Source: a virus
Taxonomy: Duplodnaviria > Caudoviricetes
IMG/VR virus record: IMGVR_UViG_3300028903_000001
Location: 32,001-96,000 of that record
Strand: one strand, 5' to 3'
DNA length: 64,000 nt
In this document: positions 1 to 9,069 of the stretch, piece by piece
How the letters are laid out: each line of letters begins with the position of its first letter
Numbering within the stretch: position 1 is the first letter of the stretch
Made by a program: the position numbers and the translations under genes
Notes under the pieces: model-generated
What the model was told of the DNA's origin: nothing
Databases searched by the model: none
What the model saw: only the letters and a program-made list of their open reading frames with translations

Positions 1-996
1 GAATTCTTCAGGGGTCTCGTAGCACTCCTGACAATTCACCAACTTAGCATACGCATCGGTCCCGGCGCGTTTCATGCTGCACGCGATGAAGTCTTTGTGC
101 GATACCACGGCTTGCGTAAACGCATTATCCCACTTCGTGGAGGCGAATTGCTGCGACCTGATCATCTTGCCGGTCGGAGTGCCGGGAGCCCAGGTCGAGG
201 CGGAAAAGAAGTTGGGCAGTTCGGGAAGATCGGGGGGCGTCGTGTAGGGCTGCTCGATCTGCGGCGTAACACTGCCGGGGTCCTTCTTGGAGAAGATAGC
301 GTCGAGCTTGGCCCAGACGCTGGGCGGAATGCTCAGAAACGCCTCTGCGATTTTGGCCCACGCGATGTCGGCCCAGGGAATCGCCTTGACCCACGCGGGT
401 ACCGGCTGCCCCTCGTTGATTCCAATCGCTTTCAGGAAAGTGTTGGCACTTACGATGAGCAGAGCAAAGTTCTGCTCGGTCAAGATGCCTTTGGTAACGA
501 TCGCTTCCATCAGCTTGATGGGATCGGTGGGGAAAGCCGACTTGTTCGTCACGGCAGGCAGATTACGCAGGTATGGGAACCATGTGTAGAGTACCTGCGC
601 GATGGGAGTCACAATCGCGGGGGTGGGAGGCGGCGGAAGTGGCCAAGCCGTGGGATGCGTGGCGAGGTAGGCTTGCACCATCGTCGCGAAGCCGTTCATC
701 AAATCGATCGGTACCGCCGGTATGGTAGGGATGCCGAGCCCGAGTCTGGCCTGCCCACCCGGTTCGCGCCAATGCGCGGGAACGCGCAGAAGCTCGCCGG
801 GCTCGAGGCGAGAGAAGCACTTGTACAGCGTCCCCCCGCAGCCGCAAGTCGGCTTGTGCAGGTTCGCCCCGACAAGCTCGGGCCATTTCCCAGCAGGCAT
901 CCCGAACCTGCCACAGATCTGCGTGACATGGTCGCCGGGCTGCACGCGATAAGGATAGCCCTTCACGTAACGAATCACGGGTGGATGGAGTGCCAT
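1..996 (-). CDS. LysM-domain protein, 3' end runs off the window
   Basis: Not in the ORF track because it is open to the window edge. Translation from ATG 996 gives MALHPPVIRYVKGYPYRVQPGDHVTQICGRFGMPAGKWPELVGANL...LEPGELLRVP, a LysM pattern (Y-x-V-x-x-G-D ... AN ... L-x-P-G-x-x-L-x-V-P), then Pro-rich and helical segments. Confidence 0.8.
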   Translation of the reverse strand, partial: MALHPPVIRYVKGYPYRVQPGDHVTQICGRFGMPAGKWPELVGANLHKPTCGCGGTLYKCFSRLEPGELLRVPAHWREPGGQARLGLGIPTIPAVPIDLMNGFATMVQAYLATHPTAWPLPPPPTPAIVTPIAQVLYTWFPYLRNLPAVTNKSAFPTDPIKLMEAIVTKGILTEQNFALLIVSANTFLKAIGINEGQPVPAWVKAIPWADIAWAKIAEAFLSIPPSVWAKLDAIFSKKDPGSVTPQIEQPYTTPPDLPELPNFFSASTWAPGTPTGKMIRSQQFASTKWDNAFTQAVVSHKDFIACSMKRAGTDAYAKLVNCQECYETPEEF

Positions 997-998
997 GA

Positions 999-1652
999 CT
1001 ACTTGCGGCCCCTCTTGGTCAGGTAGTACAGGCCCGCGCCAGCCGCAGCGGTTGCCGCGACGCCAGCGAAGATCCAGCCCGCACTCATGCCTTCACTCGC
1101 GCCGACCTGTTCGACCTCACCGGGCTTGACCACGTTCGGGTTCGGGATGTAGGGAGTCACCTTGCCGCCGCAGTTCAACGACTCGGCGCTGGGAGCGACG
1201 AATTTGCCGAAACCGTACTGCACGACGGGAACCGCGTGTCCGATGCCGACCGGATCGTATCCAGCCGCCTTGAGATCAGAGTTGATGTACTGCTGAATAC
1301 CCTGGCTCGTGATGAGAAGCTCGTAGACATCGAGCCTGCCAAGCACGTAGTAGTCCGATACCTGCCTGGTCTTTTTCGCCCACTTCGCAAACAGCGCAGC
1401 GACTCCGCAGTCGTAGGTGACCGGGGGAGGGGGCGTGACGGCTCCCATCTGCTCAGCAGCGGAGATCTGAAGGATGTGCAGCAGTTCCTGCCCGGTAGCG
1501 AAGAGGGTATACACGATGTACCCATCGACGTCCTCTACGGCAAGAATGACCTCGTTTGCCGCACCGGGGTCGGTGAGATTCACGACCTCCGACATCGCAA
1601 GGGACTCGAGTTCGGAACTATCTGCGACCTTTGTCTTAGCGTATTGCATCAC
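999..1652 (-). CDS. Putative virion membrane protein, C-terminal anchor
   Basis: 217 aa, ends WIFAGVAATAAAGAGLYYLTKRGRK (one TM helix plus basic tail); tightly coupled to its neighbours. Confidence 0.7.
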   Translation of the reverse strand: MMQYAKTKVADSSELESLAMSEVVNLTDPGAANEVILAVEDVDGYIVYTLFATGQELLHILQISAAEQMGAVTPPPPVTYDCGVAALFAKWAKKTRQVSDYYVLGRLDVYELLITSQGIQQYINSDLKAAGYDPVGIGHAVPVVQYGFGKFVAPSAESLNCGGKVTPYIPNPNVVKPGEVEQVGASEGMSAGWIFAGVAATAAAGAGLYYLTKRGRK

Positions 1653-2431
1653 TTATCTCCCCGTGCGGTGCATGGGATCATGTCGTAAATGATTCGGCCT
1701 CCGACGCGAGTATACACTGCTTCGGGGTAGTTGAGCATGAACACGTCTTCTCGCCTGAGTCCTGCCGTCTCGATGACGACGGGTTTGTTCGGTCTGCGGT
1801 CAGGGTCGGTCTGGTAGACCGAGGCGAAGAAGCCAATCGTGATGGGGCCCCTGACCTGGAGGTTCAGGTTTGGCTGGCAGTGGTGCCAGGGAAATCGCAT
1901 GTCCCGCCACGTCCCGAGGCCCGGCACGAGGTCCTTGCCGTAGGGAAGGCCAGAGTTGAGCGGGATATACACAGGCGCAGGCTGACGAGAGATCAACGCC
2001 GAGTCTGTCGTATCGGCGCGATTCGTCGCGTCGGGCGGAAAGATGAAGTCGGTGAAGATCGTTCGGTCCTGCGAATTGGCTTGCAGATTCCGCAGATGCC
2101 AACTCACATTGCCGTCGGGGAAGCTCCAGAGCGGATCCTCGACAGGCACCTCGAGCAGCCACGTCTCGTCTACCTCCCCGTCCTCTGCCGGGACCCTAGC
2201 GCCGATGTAGAGAAGCTGGTGAATCGCATTGATCACGCAGATCGTATCGGCTGGCACCTCGAGGCCGCAGAGTCGAAACAGGTAGCGATTATTCTGGTTC
2301 AACGTGGGGGGCTGCGGCACGGCGATGCCGGTAGAGTTCAAGTCGCCAGGAAGTGGAGACGAGCCTACCCCGACCCGGTTGATATCGTACTGGGCACTCG
2401 AGACCATGCCACGGTCGAGTAGCTCTGCCAT
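1649..2431 (-). CDS. Putative minor capsid/penton-like beta-sandwich protein
   Basis: 260 aa with alternating hydrophobic beta-strand patterns (YLFRLCGLEVP, ICVINAIHQ, VSWHLR, ITIGFFASV); in the same operon as the capsid candidates. The fold is inferred. Confidence 0.4.
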   Translation of the reverse strand: MAELLDRGMVSSAQYDINRVGVGSSPLPGDLNSTGIAVPQPPTLNQNNRYLFRLCGLEVPADTICVINAIHQLLYIGARVPAEDGEVDETWLLEVPVEDPLWSFPDGNVSWHLRNLQANSQDRTIFTDFIFPPDATNRADTTDSALISRQPAPVYIPLNSGLPYGKDLVPGLGTWRDMRFPWHHCQPNLNLQVRGPITIGFFASVYQTDPDRRPNKPVVIETAGLRREDVFMLNYPEAVYTRVGGRIIYDMIPCTARGDK

Positions 2432-2434
2432 TTT

Positions 2435-3064
2435 CTACCGAACCCTCGTCACATCAGCGGCGGGCTGCGGATACATTTCCTCGTTACGAAGCGCACAGAC
2501 CACATCGTCGTAGGAGCAGCCGGGAAGCTCGCAACCGGAAAGCTCGAGACCGACCAGAGACAGCCTTACGATGTACGGCACCTCGTCGGTGAAGGCGCGA
2601 GTATTGACCGCATCGATCCTGATATTGCCGTCCCGGCTCAAGACCCAGTCAAGCTCGATCTTGTTTGTCGAACCTGCCGGTGACGCGAGATGCTCGATGG
2701 GCGTCATCACGTCCGTGATCCAGTTCTTGTCGCCGCGACCCGTGATGCGGAAGGTGATGTCCACGTACGGGTTTCGCTTCGTGAACTCGTCCTGCTGTCG
2801 CTGGAAGAAGGCTCCAACGTTTGCGGTGGGACGGTAGATGGAATAAGTCATGTATTTGACCCAGAACATCTGGTACATAGGCTCCTGAAGCCCAGTGCCT
2901 CGAATGGTCTGGTTTGCGGCGGCGCTATCCCATTGGAACGTCACATTGTAGATGCGTGGCTGAAGCGGCTGGCCGCGAGTCAGCATGTAGGCCAGCTTGG
3001 GATTGTACAATGCGAGCGTGCGGATGCTCTCCGCTGCCTTGTTTACCGCGTTCTGAGACGACAT
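2435..3064 (-). CDS. Putative small single-jelly-roll capsid protein
   Basis: 209 aa, about 8 predicted strands (IYNVTF, MFWVKYMTY, VDITFRITG, WVLSRDGNIRIDAVN, IVRLSLVGLEL), resembling small MCPs of P23-77/SH1-type viruses; AAGGAG RBS upstream. Confidence 0.5.
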   Translation of the reverse strand: MSSQNAVNKAAESIRTLALYNPKLAYMLTRGQPLQPRIYNVTFQWDSAAANQTIRGTGLQEPMYQMFWVKYMTYSIYRPTANVGAFFQRQQDEFTKRNPYVDITFRITGRGDKNWITDVMTPIEHLASPAGSTNKIELDWVLSRDGNIRIDAVNTRAFTDEVPYIVRLSLVGLELSGCELPGCSYDDVVCALRNEEMYPQPAADVTRVR

Positions 3065-3089
3065 CAGCAGGCTCCTTTAGATAGAGATA

Positions 3090-3129
3090 AACGACAAGGG
3101 CCACACCGGGTTTGGTTCCGGCGCGGCCC
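3090..3129 (-). terminator. Intrinsic terminator/stabilising hairpin after the large capsid candidate
   Basis: Minus-strand GGGCCGCGCCGG-N8-CCGGTGTGGCCC stem (with G-U pairs) followed by TTGTCGTTT. Confidence 0.55.
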
Positions 3130-3192
3130 TCGTCGTTCACTCACTCACAACAGACACTAGCGTTACCCGACGGGGTCGCGCACCAACACTCT

Positions 3193-4479
3193 CTAGTCTC
3201 GGTCTCCGACCGGACCAGCCTCACCGACCGCACTCATGTAATCGTCGATGATCTTGTCGGCATGGTCGGTGGGACCCGAGAGAGCCGAGCAGTTCGCGAA
3301 GGTGCCCTGCATCGGCGCGTAGGTACCATTGAGCAGTTCCTGCATGAGAGCCTTATTGCTCAGCACGCGCTTCCACTGGCTGCACACGCCCTCGCGGACC
3401 TGGAAGCCCTTGAAGCCCAGGCCGACGCGGACCATGCCGCTGGGGATCTGGGTGAAAGCAGCGGAACCCGTATGAGCTTCCCCGTCCTCGAGCAGCGGGA
3501 ACGTGGCAGCAATGTTCGGGATCGGGCCTTGGCAGGCACGGATGACGGCTTCGTCGATCATGCGAGTGACGTAGTCCTCGTCACCCGCGCCGGGCTCCAT
3601 GAACATCTGAATCTTGGTGTTCGTGTCGAGCGGCATCGGGAAGGGCAGACGGTACCACGTCTCGACGGCGGGAAGCGCGTTGGGCTGACCATAGGCGGCA
3701 TCGGTCGCGACCATCCGGTTGGGAACGATCTCGCCGTCGGCGGTCTGCTCGCAGTTGATGGGAACAAAGAAGGGGAGATTGGGAACAGCAGCCGCCCCAT
3801 CGGAAACCGCCGGGCTCTGCGGCATGGCGGGATCGGTTGCCGCGCGAGCGTTGTAGCGACGGGTCAGGAAAAGATGCGGAGTCTTGGCATCGCTCAAGCC
3901 CTGGAACTCGACGCGGGAGCAGGCATTGCCGATATCGATGAGACGCTCGTTCAGGATCGTCTCGAGGCTCGAGTTCGGGCACTTGAATTCGAGGCGCATC
4001 GCGTGCATCAACGCCCACATAAAGCGCCACGTCGCGCCGCCATGGTCGAGTTGAGCCGCGCAGGGCACAGCGCCGCCGCGAGCGCCAGTGAACAGGGCGT
4101 CGAGGAAGGCTGCGTCTTGGCGCAGGTTGATGGGGGAGGCGGGAGTCTCCAAGATCGTGTTCGGGAAGCTGTTGCCTTCGATCACGGTCGAGTAGGGCTC
4201 GGTGTAGCAGAAGACGCAGACGCCGGTCACGATGATCGGGTCGTCGGGCGTGAAGGTCGGAGCGGTCAGGTTGCTACGGCTGAACTTGCGCGTATTGCTC
4301 TCGGCGATCTGGAAGACCTGAACCTCGTTGCCGGTCAGCCAGTTGTAGTCCTCGGCATCGATGGGAAGCTCGATGTTGCGGACAGCGGACAGGAGCGTGG
4401 GGTACACGCTAAGCGGCAGGCGAGACATGGCCAGCATGTCATCGACCGTATTGCACTTGAACATCTTGGGATACGACAT
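3193..4479 (-). CDS. Putative major capsid protein (jelly-roll type with insertions)
   Basis: 428 aa, strongly biased codons, followed by a hairpin. SNLTAP...IIVTGVCVF near the N-terminus and VRVGLGFKGFQVR near the C-terminus resemble the first and last strands of single-jelly-roll MCPs. No HK97-like features noticed. Confidence 0.5.
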   Translation of the reverse strand: MSYPKMFKCNTVDDMLAMSRLPLSVYPTLLSAVRNIELPIDAEDYNWLTGNEVQVFQIAESNTRKFSRSNLTAPTFTPDDPIIVTGVCVFCYTEPYSTVIEGNSFPNTILETPASPINLRQDAAFLDALFTGARGGAVPCAAQLDHGGATWRFMWALMHAMRLEFKCPNSSLETILNERLIDIGNACSRVEFQGLSDAKTPHLFLTRRYNARAATDPAMPQSPAVSDGAAAVPNLPFFVPINCEQTADGEIVPNRMVATDAAYGQPNALPAVETWYRLPFPMPLDTNTKIQMFMEPGAGDEDYVTRMIDEAVIRACQGPIPNIAATFPLLEDGEAHTGSAAFTQIPSGMVRVGLGFKGFQVREGVCSQWKRVLSNKALMQELLNGTYAPMQGTFANCSALSGPTDHADKIIDDYMSAVGEAGPVGDRD

Positions 4480-4548
4480 TTCGATTCACCTTGGGTTAGA
4501 AACCAGCCTCATTTTTCGCGTCGAAGTGGCCACTTCCACATAGCCTCA

Positions 4549-6048
4549 CTATCGACCAGGGATCCTGTAAGGACCCCTTACGTCACTGCGACGAATCACG
4601 AAGTCGCTACGATTCAGGTTGGCGTTGAGAGCGAGTCCGCTCTGCGAGCGCTGAGAGACCTGTTGTTGCTGCGGATCGTAGCTGTAGCGATTCACAGACT
4701 CATTGGGCCACTCGCGCCCCTCGGGGCGACCGGGAACGTTGAGTTCACTGCCGAAATCACTTATCCGTCGCCCAGACTCTGTCTCGACACGAGAGATGGG
4801 AGGCATTTCTCGACGAGAAATGGGCAGAGTCGGCTGCTGGCGAGAGATGCCAGACGGCAGGAACGTCCCATCCGGGTCTCGGGGAGAGAGCTTGATGGGC
4901 GGAACCGGCTCGCGAGGAGACACGGGAGGCTGCGGCTGCTGCGTGATCGGGGGACGTGCATTGACACTGTCCATGCAGTCGGAACCGCCGCCACCCACCA
5001 CATCGAACGGCCAGGGCTGGCACGATTCCCTACCACTGCTCACGTAGTTGCTCGGATCAACAGGCACACGAGTACAACCGTATTTGCCAACGCTACCGGC
5101 TGCCTGGGGGCCGATCATCATTGGCTTACCGAGAAAAGGGCGCAGGTACCCTCGGGGGCCAGCGAGCCCATACTGAAGTCGGTTGGCAAGCTTCGTCTCG
5201 CCCTCCTTGGGCTCCAGAAGCTTGGGCATCAAGTAGTCCTTGATGATCAGGGTGATACCCTTGGCGGCAAAGCCCGTCGCCATACCGGCGAGAAGGTAGG
5301 TGCCCACAACGCTCTTCTTGCGAAGCAGGAACGCGCCAACGCTCAGACCACCAGCCGCAGCGGCTTGCGCAAAAATGCGGATTCCGTCAGCCTTCTTGAC
5401 GATGGCAGCGGTTGCGTCTTGACCGTACTTGACGGCTCCGCTGTCACCCTTGCGGGTCGCGACGTAACGGTCGAGCACGTCGGCACCAGCCAAACCGAGG
5501 ATGAAGCCACCCGCTGCCGAGACGATCGCCTTGGTCTGGTTGGCAGGGTTCTCGCGGATGATCATGCGAGCCTTGCCCTTGCTGCTCATCGAGTAGCGAA
5601 CCGTCTTCTTCTTCGCCTTCTGAAGCCGCTTGCCCACGGTGCGAACGAACCGAGCAGTCTCCTTCGGCATGGGGCGACGACGCTTCTTGGAAGTTGTCAC
5701 CTTGACGGTACGGTTACCACTATCACTCTTCGTGATCTTGGTACCGGCACGCTTGCGACCAGTCTTCGCCTTGGTCGAATTTGCCTTACGGTTCGCTGCG
5801 ATCATCCGCTTGGTAGCGGCGATCTGGGCAGGGGTGCGCTTCTTGCTGGAGCGCCGACGCTTCTTAGCCATTTTCCTAGTCTCCTTACCTGAAGCCGGAG
5901 AAGTCCGGCTCACTCCTCCGACGACAGCCGCCCTCATGCGAACTGCGCCGACACTACGCTTTTTCGGCGAGGACTTCTTCTTGGCCTTCTTGTTGCGGGC
6001 AACGGCCCGCACACCGTGAGCAAAGCCAGCGGGTTCAACGAACGCCAT
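4549..6048 (-). CDS. Lys/Arg-rich putative core (DNA-condensing) membrane protein
   Basis: 499 aa: about 165 aa of very basic sequence (KKRRRSSKKRTPAQIAATKRMIAANRK), then IIRENP, three Gly/Ala-rich hydrophobic helices and a Pro/Gln-rich tail. Confidence 0.65.
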   Translation of the reverse strand: MAFVEPAGFAHGVRAVARNKKAKKKSSPKKRSVGAVRMRAAVVGGVSRTSPASGKETRKMAKKRRRSSKKRTPAQIAATKRMIAANRKANSTKAKTGRKRAGTKITKSDSGNRTVKVTTSKKRRRPMPKETARFVRTVGKRLQKAKKKTVRYSMSSKGKARMIIRENPANQTKAIVSAAGGFILGLAGADVLDRYVATRKGDSGAVKYGQDATAAIVKKADGIRIFAQAAAAGGLSVGAFLLRKKSVVGTYLLAGMATGFAAKGITLIIKDYLMPKLLEPKEGETKLANRLQYGLAGPRGYLRPFLGKPMMIGPQAAGSVGKYGCTRVPVDPSNYVSSGRESCQPWPFDVVGGGGSDCMDSVNARPPITQQPQPPVSPREPVPPIKLSPRDPDGTFLPSGISRQQPTLPISRREMPPISRVETESGRRISDFGSELNVPGRPEGREWPNESVNRYSYDPQQQQVSQRSQSGLALNANLNRSDFVIRRSDVRGPYRIPGR

Positions 6049-6074
6049 GACGCCTCGATAGATTTAGGATTGAT

Positions 6075-6614
6075 TCAGGGCCAGACGAAGCCGTGCGCGT
6101 TGATGACGCAACCGTCTGGAAGCGAGATGCGATAGACTCGGTGCGACTTGCCGTCAGCACACCTCGAGGCGCGACGCTGCTTGTACAGGATCGCTGCGCT
6201 CGACACGTCCTTCTTGGTTTCGAAGGGATGCTGATACTTGGAAGCCAGTTCGCCATATCTATCGTAGTAGACTCGCAGAATGCGGTCTACACGATCCCAT
6301 GGACCTTCGGGGATTACAACCTGACCCGAGACGAGCTTGTAGTCGTCGCCCCAGTAGCTGGTGGCGGCTTCATGGACACTGTCGTCCACCTGGCGTACGG
6401 TTGGACCACGAGTGGTGTACGGGCATATGAAGATCTCGCACTTGTCCGCGCATTCTCCCGTCACATCGTGTACTAAACCCCACGATTCCGGGAACTCCAC
6501 CATTCTCCCACTGGCAAGCTCCATGGAGACGATGTCACCACGGACCAGAAGCGGAGTATCGATATTGCAGGCTCCTGGCCTATCTATGCCGTTTCGCTTC
6601 GCTTTTCGAGCCAT
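6075..6614 (-). CDS. Hypothetical virion-module protein
   Basis: 179 aa, AGGAG RBS, basic N-terminus MARKAKRNG. Confidence 0.65.
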   Translation of the reverse strand: MARKAKRNGIDRPGACNIDTPLLVRGDIVSMELASGRMVEFPESWGLVHDVTGECADKCEIFICPYTTRGPTVRQVDDSVHEAATSYWGDDYKLVSGQVVIPEGPWDRVDRILRVYYDRYGELASKYQHPFETKKDVSSAAILYKQRRASRCADGKSHRVYRISLPDGCVINAHGFVWP

Positions 6615-6623
6615 GACACACTC

Positions 6624-7493
6624 CTACCGCACCAAGACACCGGAGCGATAAAGCCTCGGCCTGACAAGATCTGAGCCAGGGAGCACATCGTTGTCGTCCC
6701 ACACAGCAGTTGCTTCCCCCGCTCGGTACACCTGCCCATTCGCAGCCTTGTATGCGAACCCGCTCGCGTGGATATACAAGAGTCCACCCTTGGGCCGATA
6801 GAAGTCGTTCACTCGCTTGTCTGTGAAAGCGTTGAAGAGGTACCAGAAGTACTCTCGCTGCGCATGGCATTCCTGTCCAAGCTTATCTTCTATCGATGAG
6901 TGGAAACAGCCTACCATGGCATTGGGGTCAAATAGCCACTGCGTGTACCATGGCTGTTCATTAGGGACAACGACTCCGCAACTGACAATTGGCCACGACG
7001 AGTAATCATCCCTAGTTAGATCCCTAAGCTCAAGGAGAAGGTCTGAAGGGTCTGCTTGAGACTTGGACATGACTCGACCATTGCATTCGGTGTATGTCTT
7101 GATCGATTTCAGTTCAGCGTGCACACCAACTCCTTTTATGAGACCTATTTGTACTACACCACCAGTACACGTCCATTGGTTGCTATTTTCGTCAAAGAAA
7201 GCCTTGACGCTCTTGTAGTAGCTATACGACTTCTCCCATGTATCGAATGTTCTAAACGCAAAGTAGTCAAGCTCGTTTCGCTTGCCATCTTTATTCGTCA
7301 TGGCATTTATCATTACAGCGAACGGACCATCTTCTCCATAAAGGCCTCCAGCAATGTCAGCGCTGGCCAGGGTCGTCTCGTCTGGTTGCTTGATCGTTAG
7401 ATCAGACGCGGCACCCTTGTCTTCCTTCTCGTCTCGAGTCAGAAGCCAGATTCCAAGCGCCGCGCCACCAATTGCCAGTATCGGAAGTAGCAT
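6624..7493 (-). CDS. N-terminally anchored membrane protein (paralogue family A)
   Basis: 289 aa, starts MLLPILAIGGAALGIWLLTRDEKEDKG; shares F-x-T-W-x-x-x-Y-x-Y-Y-K and W-T-C-x-G-G with 8520..8915. Confidence 0.75.
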   Translation of the reverse strand: MLLPILAIGGAALGIWLLTRDEKEDKGAASDLTIKQPDETTLASADIAGGLYGEDGPFAVMINAMTNKDGKRNELDYFAFRTFDTWEKSYSYYKSVKAFFDENSNQWTCTGGVVQIGLIKGVGVHAELKSIKTYTECNGRVMSKSQADPSDLLLELRDLTRDDYSSWPIVSCGVVVPNEQPWYTQWLFDPNAMVGCFHSSIEDKLGQECHAQREYFWYLFNAFTDKRVNDFYRPKGGLLYIHASGFAYKAANGQVYRAGEATAVWDDNDVLPGSDLVRPRLYRSGVLVR

Positions 7494-7495
7494 CC

Positions 7496-8344
7496 CTATC
7501 TCCTCTTGCCCATCCGTGTGAACCCATAGACCCCAGCCGCAATGGCCCCGATCGCGAGTAGGCCAACGACGATCCCCGAGCCGCCTCGATCCTCACCCGT
7601 CTCGAACCTGTCCCCACCCGTACCGTCAAGGTCGATATAAGCGGCTCCAGCATACCCATTCATGATGGCGCTGTTGTAGGCCGCGATGATGCTGTCGACG
7701 TAGCCGCATGGTATAGTCCATACGCCCCAGCGATCAGGTCCATCGCATTGCGCGTTGACCGAGCATGTCGCTTTGCCCGAGTTGAACCTGGCAAGCGCAC
7801 CTACAATGTTTAGATTCTCCGCGTCGATACATTGCAGAATGAGTCTTGCGCCGTGAATCAGGTTCCACGAGGGGTGAAGCACGGTCTCCTTGCCGACTCC
7901 GCTGCTTCCCGAGACGAGCCTGGCCATCTCAAGCGAGAGTTGTGTGAGTCCCAGCCTGCCTCCATCTCCGATCTTGGTGGACTCGCCCCCGCTCTCAATC
8001 GCCACGACTGCGGCGAGAAGCGCGGGTGAAATGCCGTTTGCCTCCGCGCTTTGCGAGATAAGAAGCTTCCACTCATCGACCTTGGCGGGCCACGAGGTGA
8101 GCCTGGGAATTCCGATCCCCTCAACCTCAATCTCTCCGCTGTGAAGGTAGCGGTAGCGAGACGATCCGCCGCAGGGCGACCGGGTCCACTCGCTCATCGG
8201 ATCCTCGGGTCTCGGCTCGTCTCTTTTCGGAGGAGGCGCTGGCATATCCTCGCCGGAATCTATCAGAGAAAGGTCGGGGGGATCGTCGGTGTCAAACCCG
8301 GCAGGAAGACCGCTCGTTTTAAGACTGATGCAGGACTGAGTCAT
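7496..8344 (-). CDS. Lytic transglycosylase (SLT family) with C-terminal TM anchor
   Basis: ISPALLAAVVAIESGG (catalytic Glu), GLTQL, NLIHGAR.I, ALARFNSG motifs; ends IVVGLLAIGAIAAGVYGFTRMGKRR. Confidence 0.85.
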   Translation of the reverse strand: MTQSCISLKTSGLPAGFDTDDPPDLSLIDSGEDMPAPPPKRDEPRPEDPMSEWTRSPCGGSSRYRYLHSGEIEVEGIGIPRLTSWPAKVDEWKLLISQSAEANGISPALLAAVVAIESGGESTKIGDGGRLGLTQLSLEMARLVSGSSGVGKETVLHPSWNLIHGARLILQCIDAENLNIVGALARFNSGKATCSVNAQCDGPDRWGVWTIPCGYVDSIIAAYNSAIMNGYAGAAYIDLDGTGGDRFETGEDRGGSGIVVGLLAIGAIAAGVYGFTRMGKRR

Positions 8345-8492
8345 CGCGTTTCCGGGGCGGAAACCCCGTCCTTCATGGCGGGGAGGAAGCCCCTCCGTGC
8401 TGTCGTTCGATGTAGCGCTTGACCGTCTCGAGTGGGACTCCGCACGTCGTTCTCCTTCACAAAGCCGCGCCCTTTAGGGCGGGGTTGATTAC
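8345..8492. mobile_element. Miniature non-autonomous IS200/IS605 derivative
   Basis: Two typical subterminal hairpins, GAAACCCCGTCCTTCATGGCGGGGAGGA and AAAGCCGCGCCCTTTAGGGCGGGG-TTGATTAC. Between them the minus strand encodes GVPLETVKRYIERQ, the C-terminal catalytic-Tyr motif of Y1 TnpA. Confidence 0.8.
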
Positions 8493-8519
8493 GCCCGCGA
8501 TGATCGCATCAGTCCTGTC

Positions 8520-8915
8520 CTATCGCAACGTTGCCCCGTCACAAGTCTCCCACCGCTTTGTCGCTTTCTGTTGCCCAGAGCCAAAGAGTGAGATCTGACA
8601 GTAGCCACCGGAACAGGTCCAGTAGCCGTGACTCTGGCCGAAGAAATCCTCAAGCGTCTTGTAGTAGCGATACGCCTCGTCCCAGGTCGAGAATCGCCTC
8701 ATGTCCATGTAGCTGTTTCGAGTCTCATCACTCGTTGCGTCGAAGCAATCGACGAGAACGTAGTAGGGTTTAGCACCGATAGACACCGTATCGGTCGAGC
8801 CTTCCGGCTCAGGGATCTTGATACCGGAAGGCTTCCCCTTCTCACTATCATCCTCTCGCATGAGCAGCCAAAGCCCTAGCGCGGTTCCACCTGCAACAAT
8901 GAATGGAATCCACAT
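8520..8915 (-). CDS. N-terminally anchored membrane protein (paralogue family A)
   Basis: 131 aa, MWIPFIVAGGTALGLWLLMREDDSEKGKP; domain similar to 6624..7493. Confidence 0.75.
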   Translation of the reverse strand: MWIPFIVAGGTALGLWLLMREDDSEKGKPSGIKIPEPEGSTDTVSIGAKPYYVLVDCFDATSDETRNSYMDMRRFSTWDEAYRYYKTLEDFFGQSHGYWTCSGGYCQISLFGSGQQKATKRWETCDGATLR

Positions 8916-9067
8916 CAGACATTACCTCTCTTATCTCTGTCTTCTTTCGATAGCGGATCTACGAACGGGGGCCTACCTTCTGGTGGCTTAGCTCTGTCCT
9001 CTTCCTCATCCTTGAGCAGGAGCCAGAGCCCGAGAGCCACTACGCCAACGCTGATGGGCACCCACAT
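8915..9067 (-). CDS. Small membrane protein consisting almost only of the family A anchor
   Basis: 50 aa from ATG 9067: MWVPISVGVVALGLWLLLKDEEEDRAKPPEGRPP...; the longer ORF-track call overlaps the upstream gene. Confidence 0.7.
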   Translation of the reverse strand: MWVPISVGVVALGLWLLLKDEEEDRAKPPEGRPPFVDPLSKEDRDKRGNV

Positions 9068-9069
9068 GT

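Noticed and set aside
1-6. Window begins with GAATTC (EcoRI site)
   Set aside because: Falls inside an open reading frame; no evidence that it marks a genome end.
97-1026. 309-aa plus-strand ORF
   Set aside because: Shadow of the real minus-strand LysM gene that the ORF track missed at the window edge.
3112-5892. 926-aa plus-strand ORF
   Set aside because: Antisense shadow of two codon-biased minus-strand genes; Arg/Gly/His-rich with no motifs or RBS.
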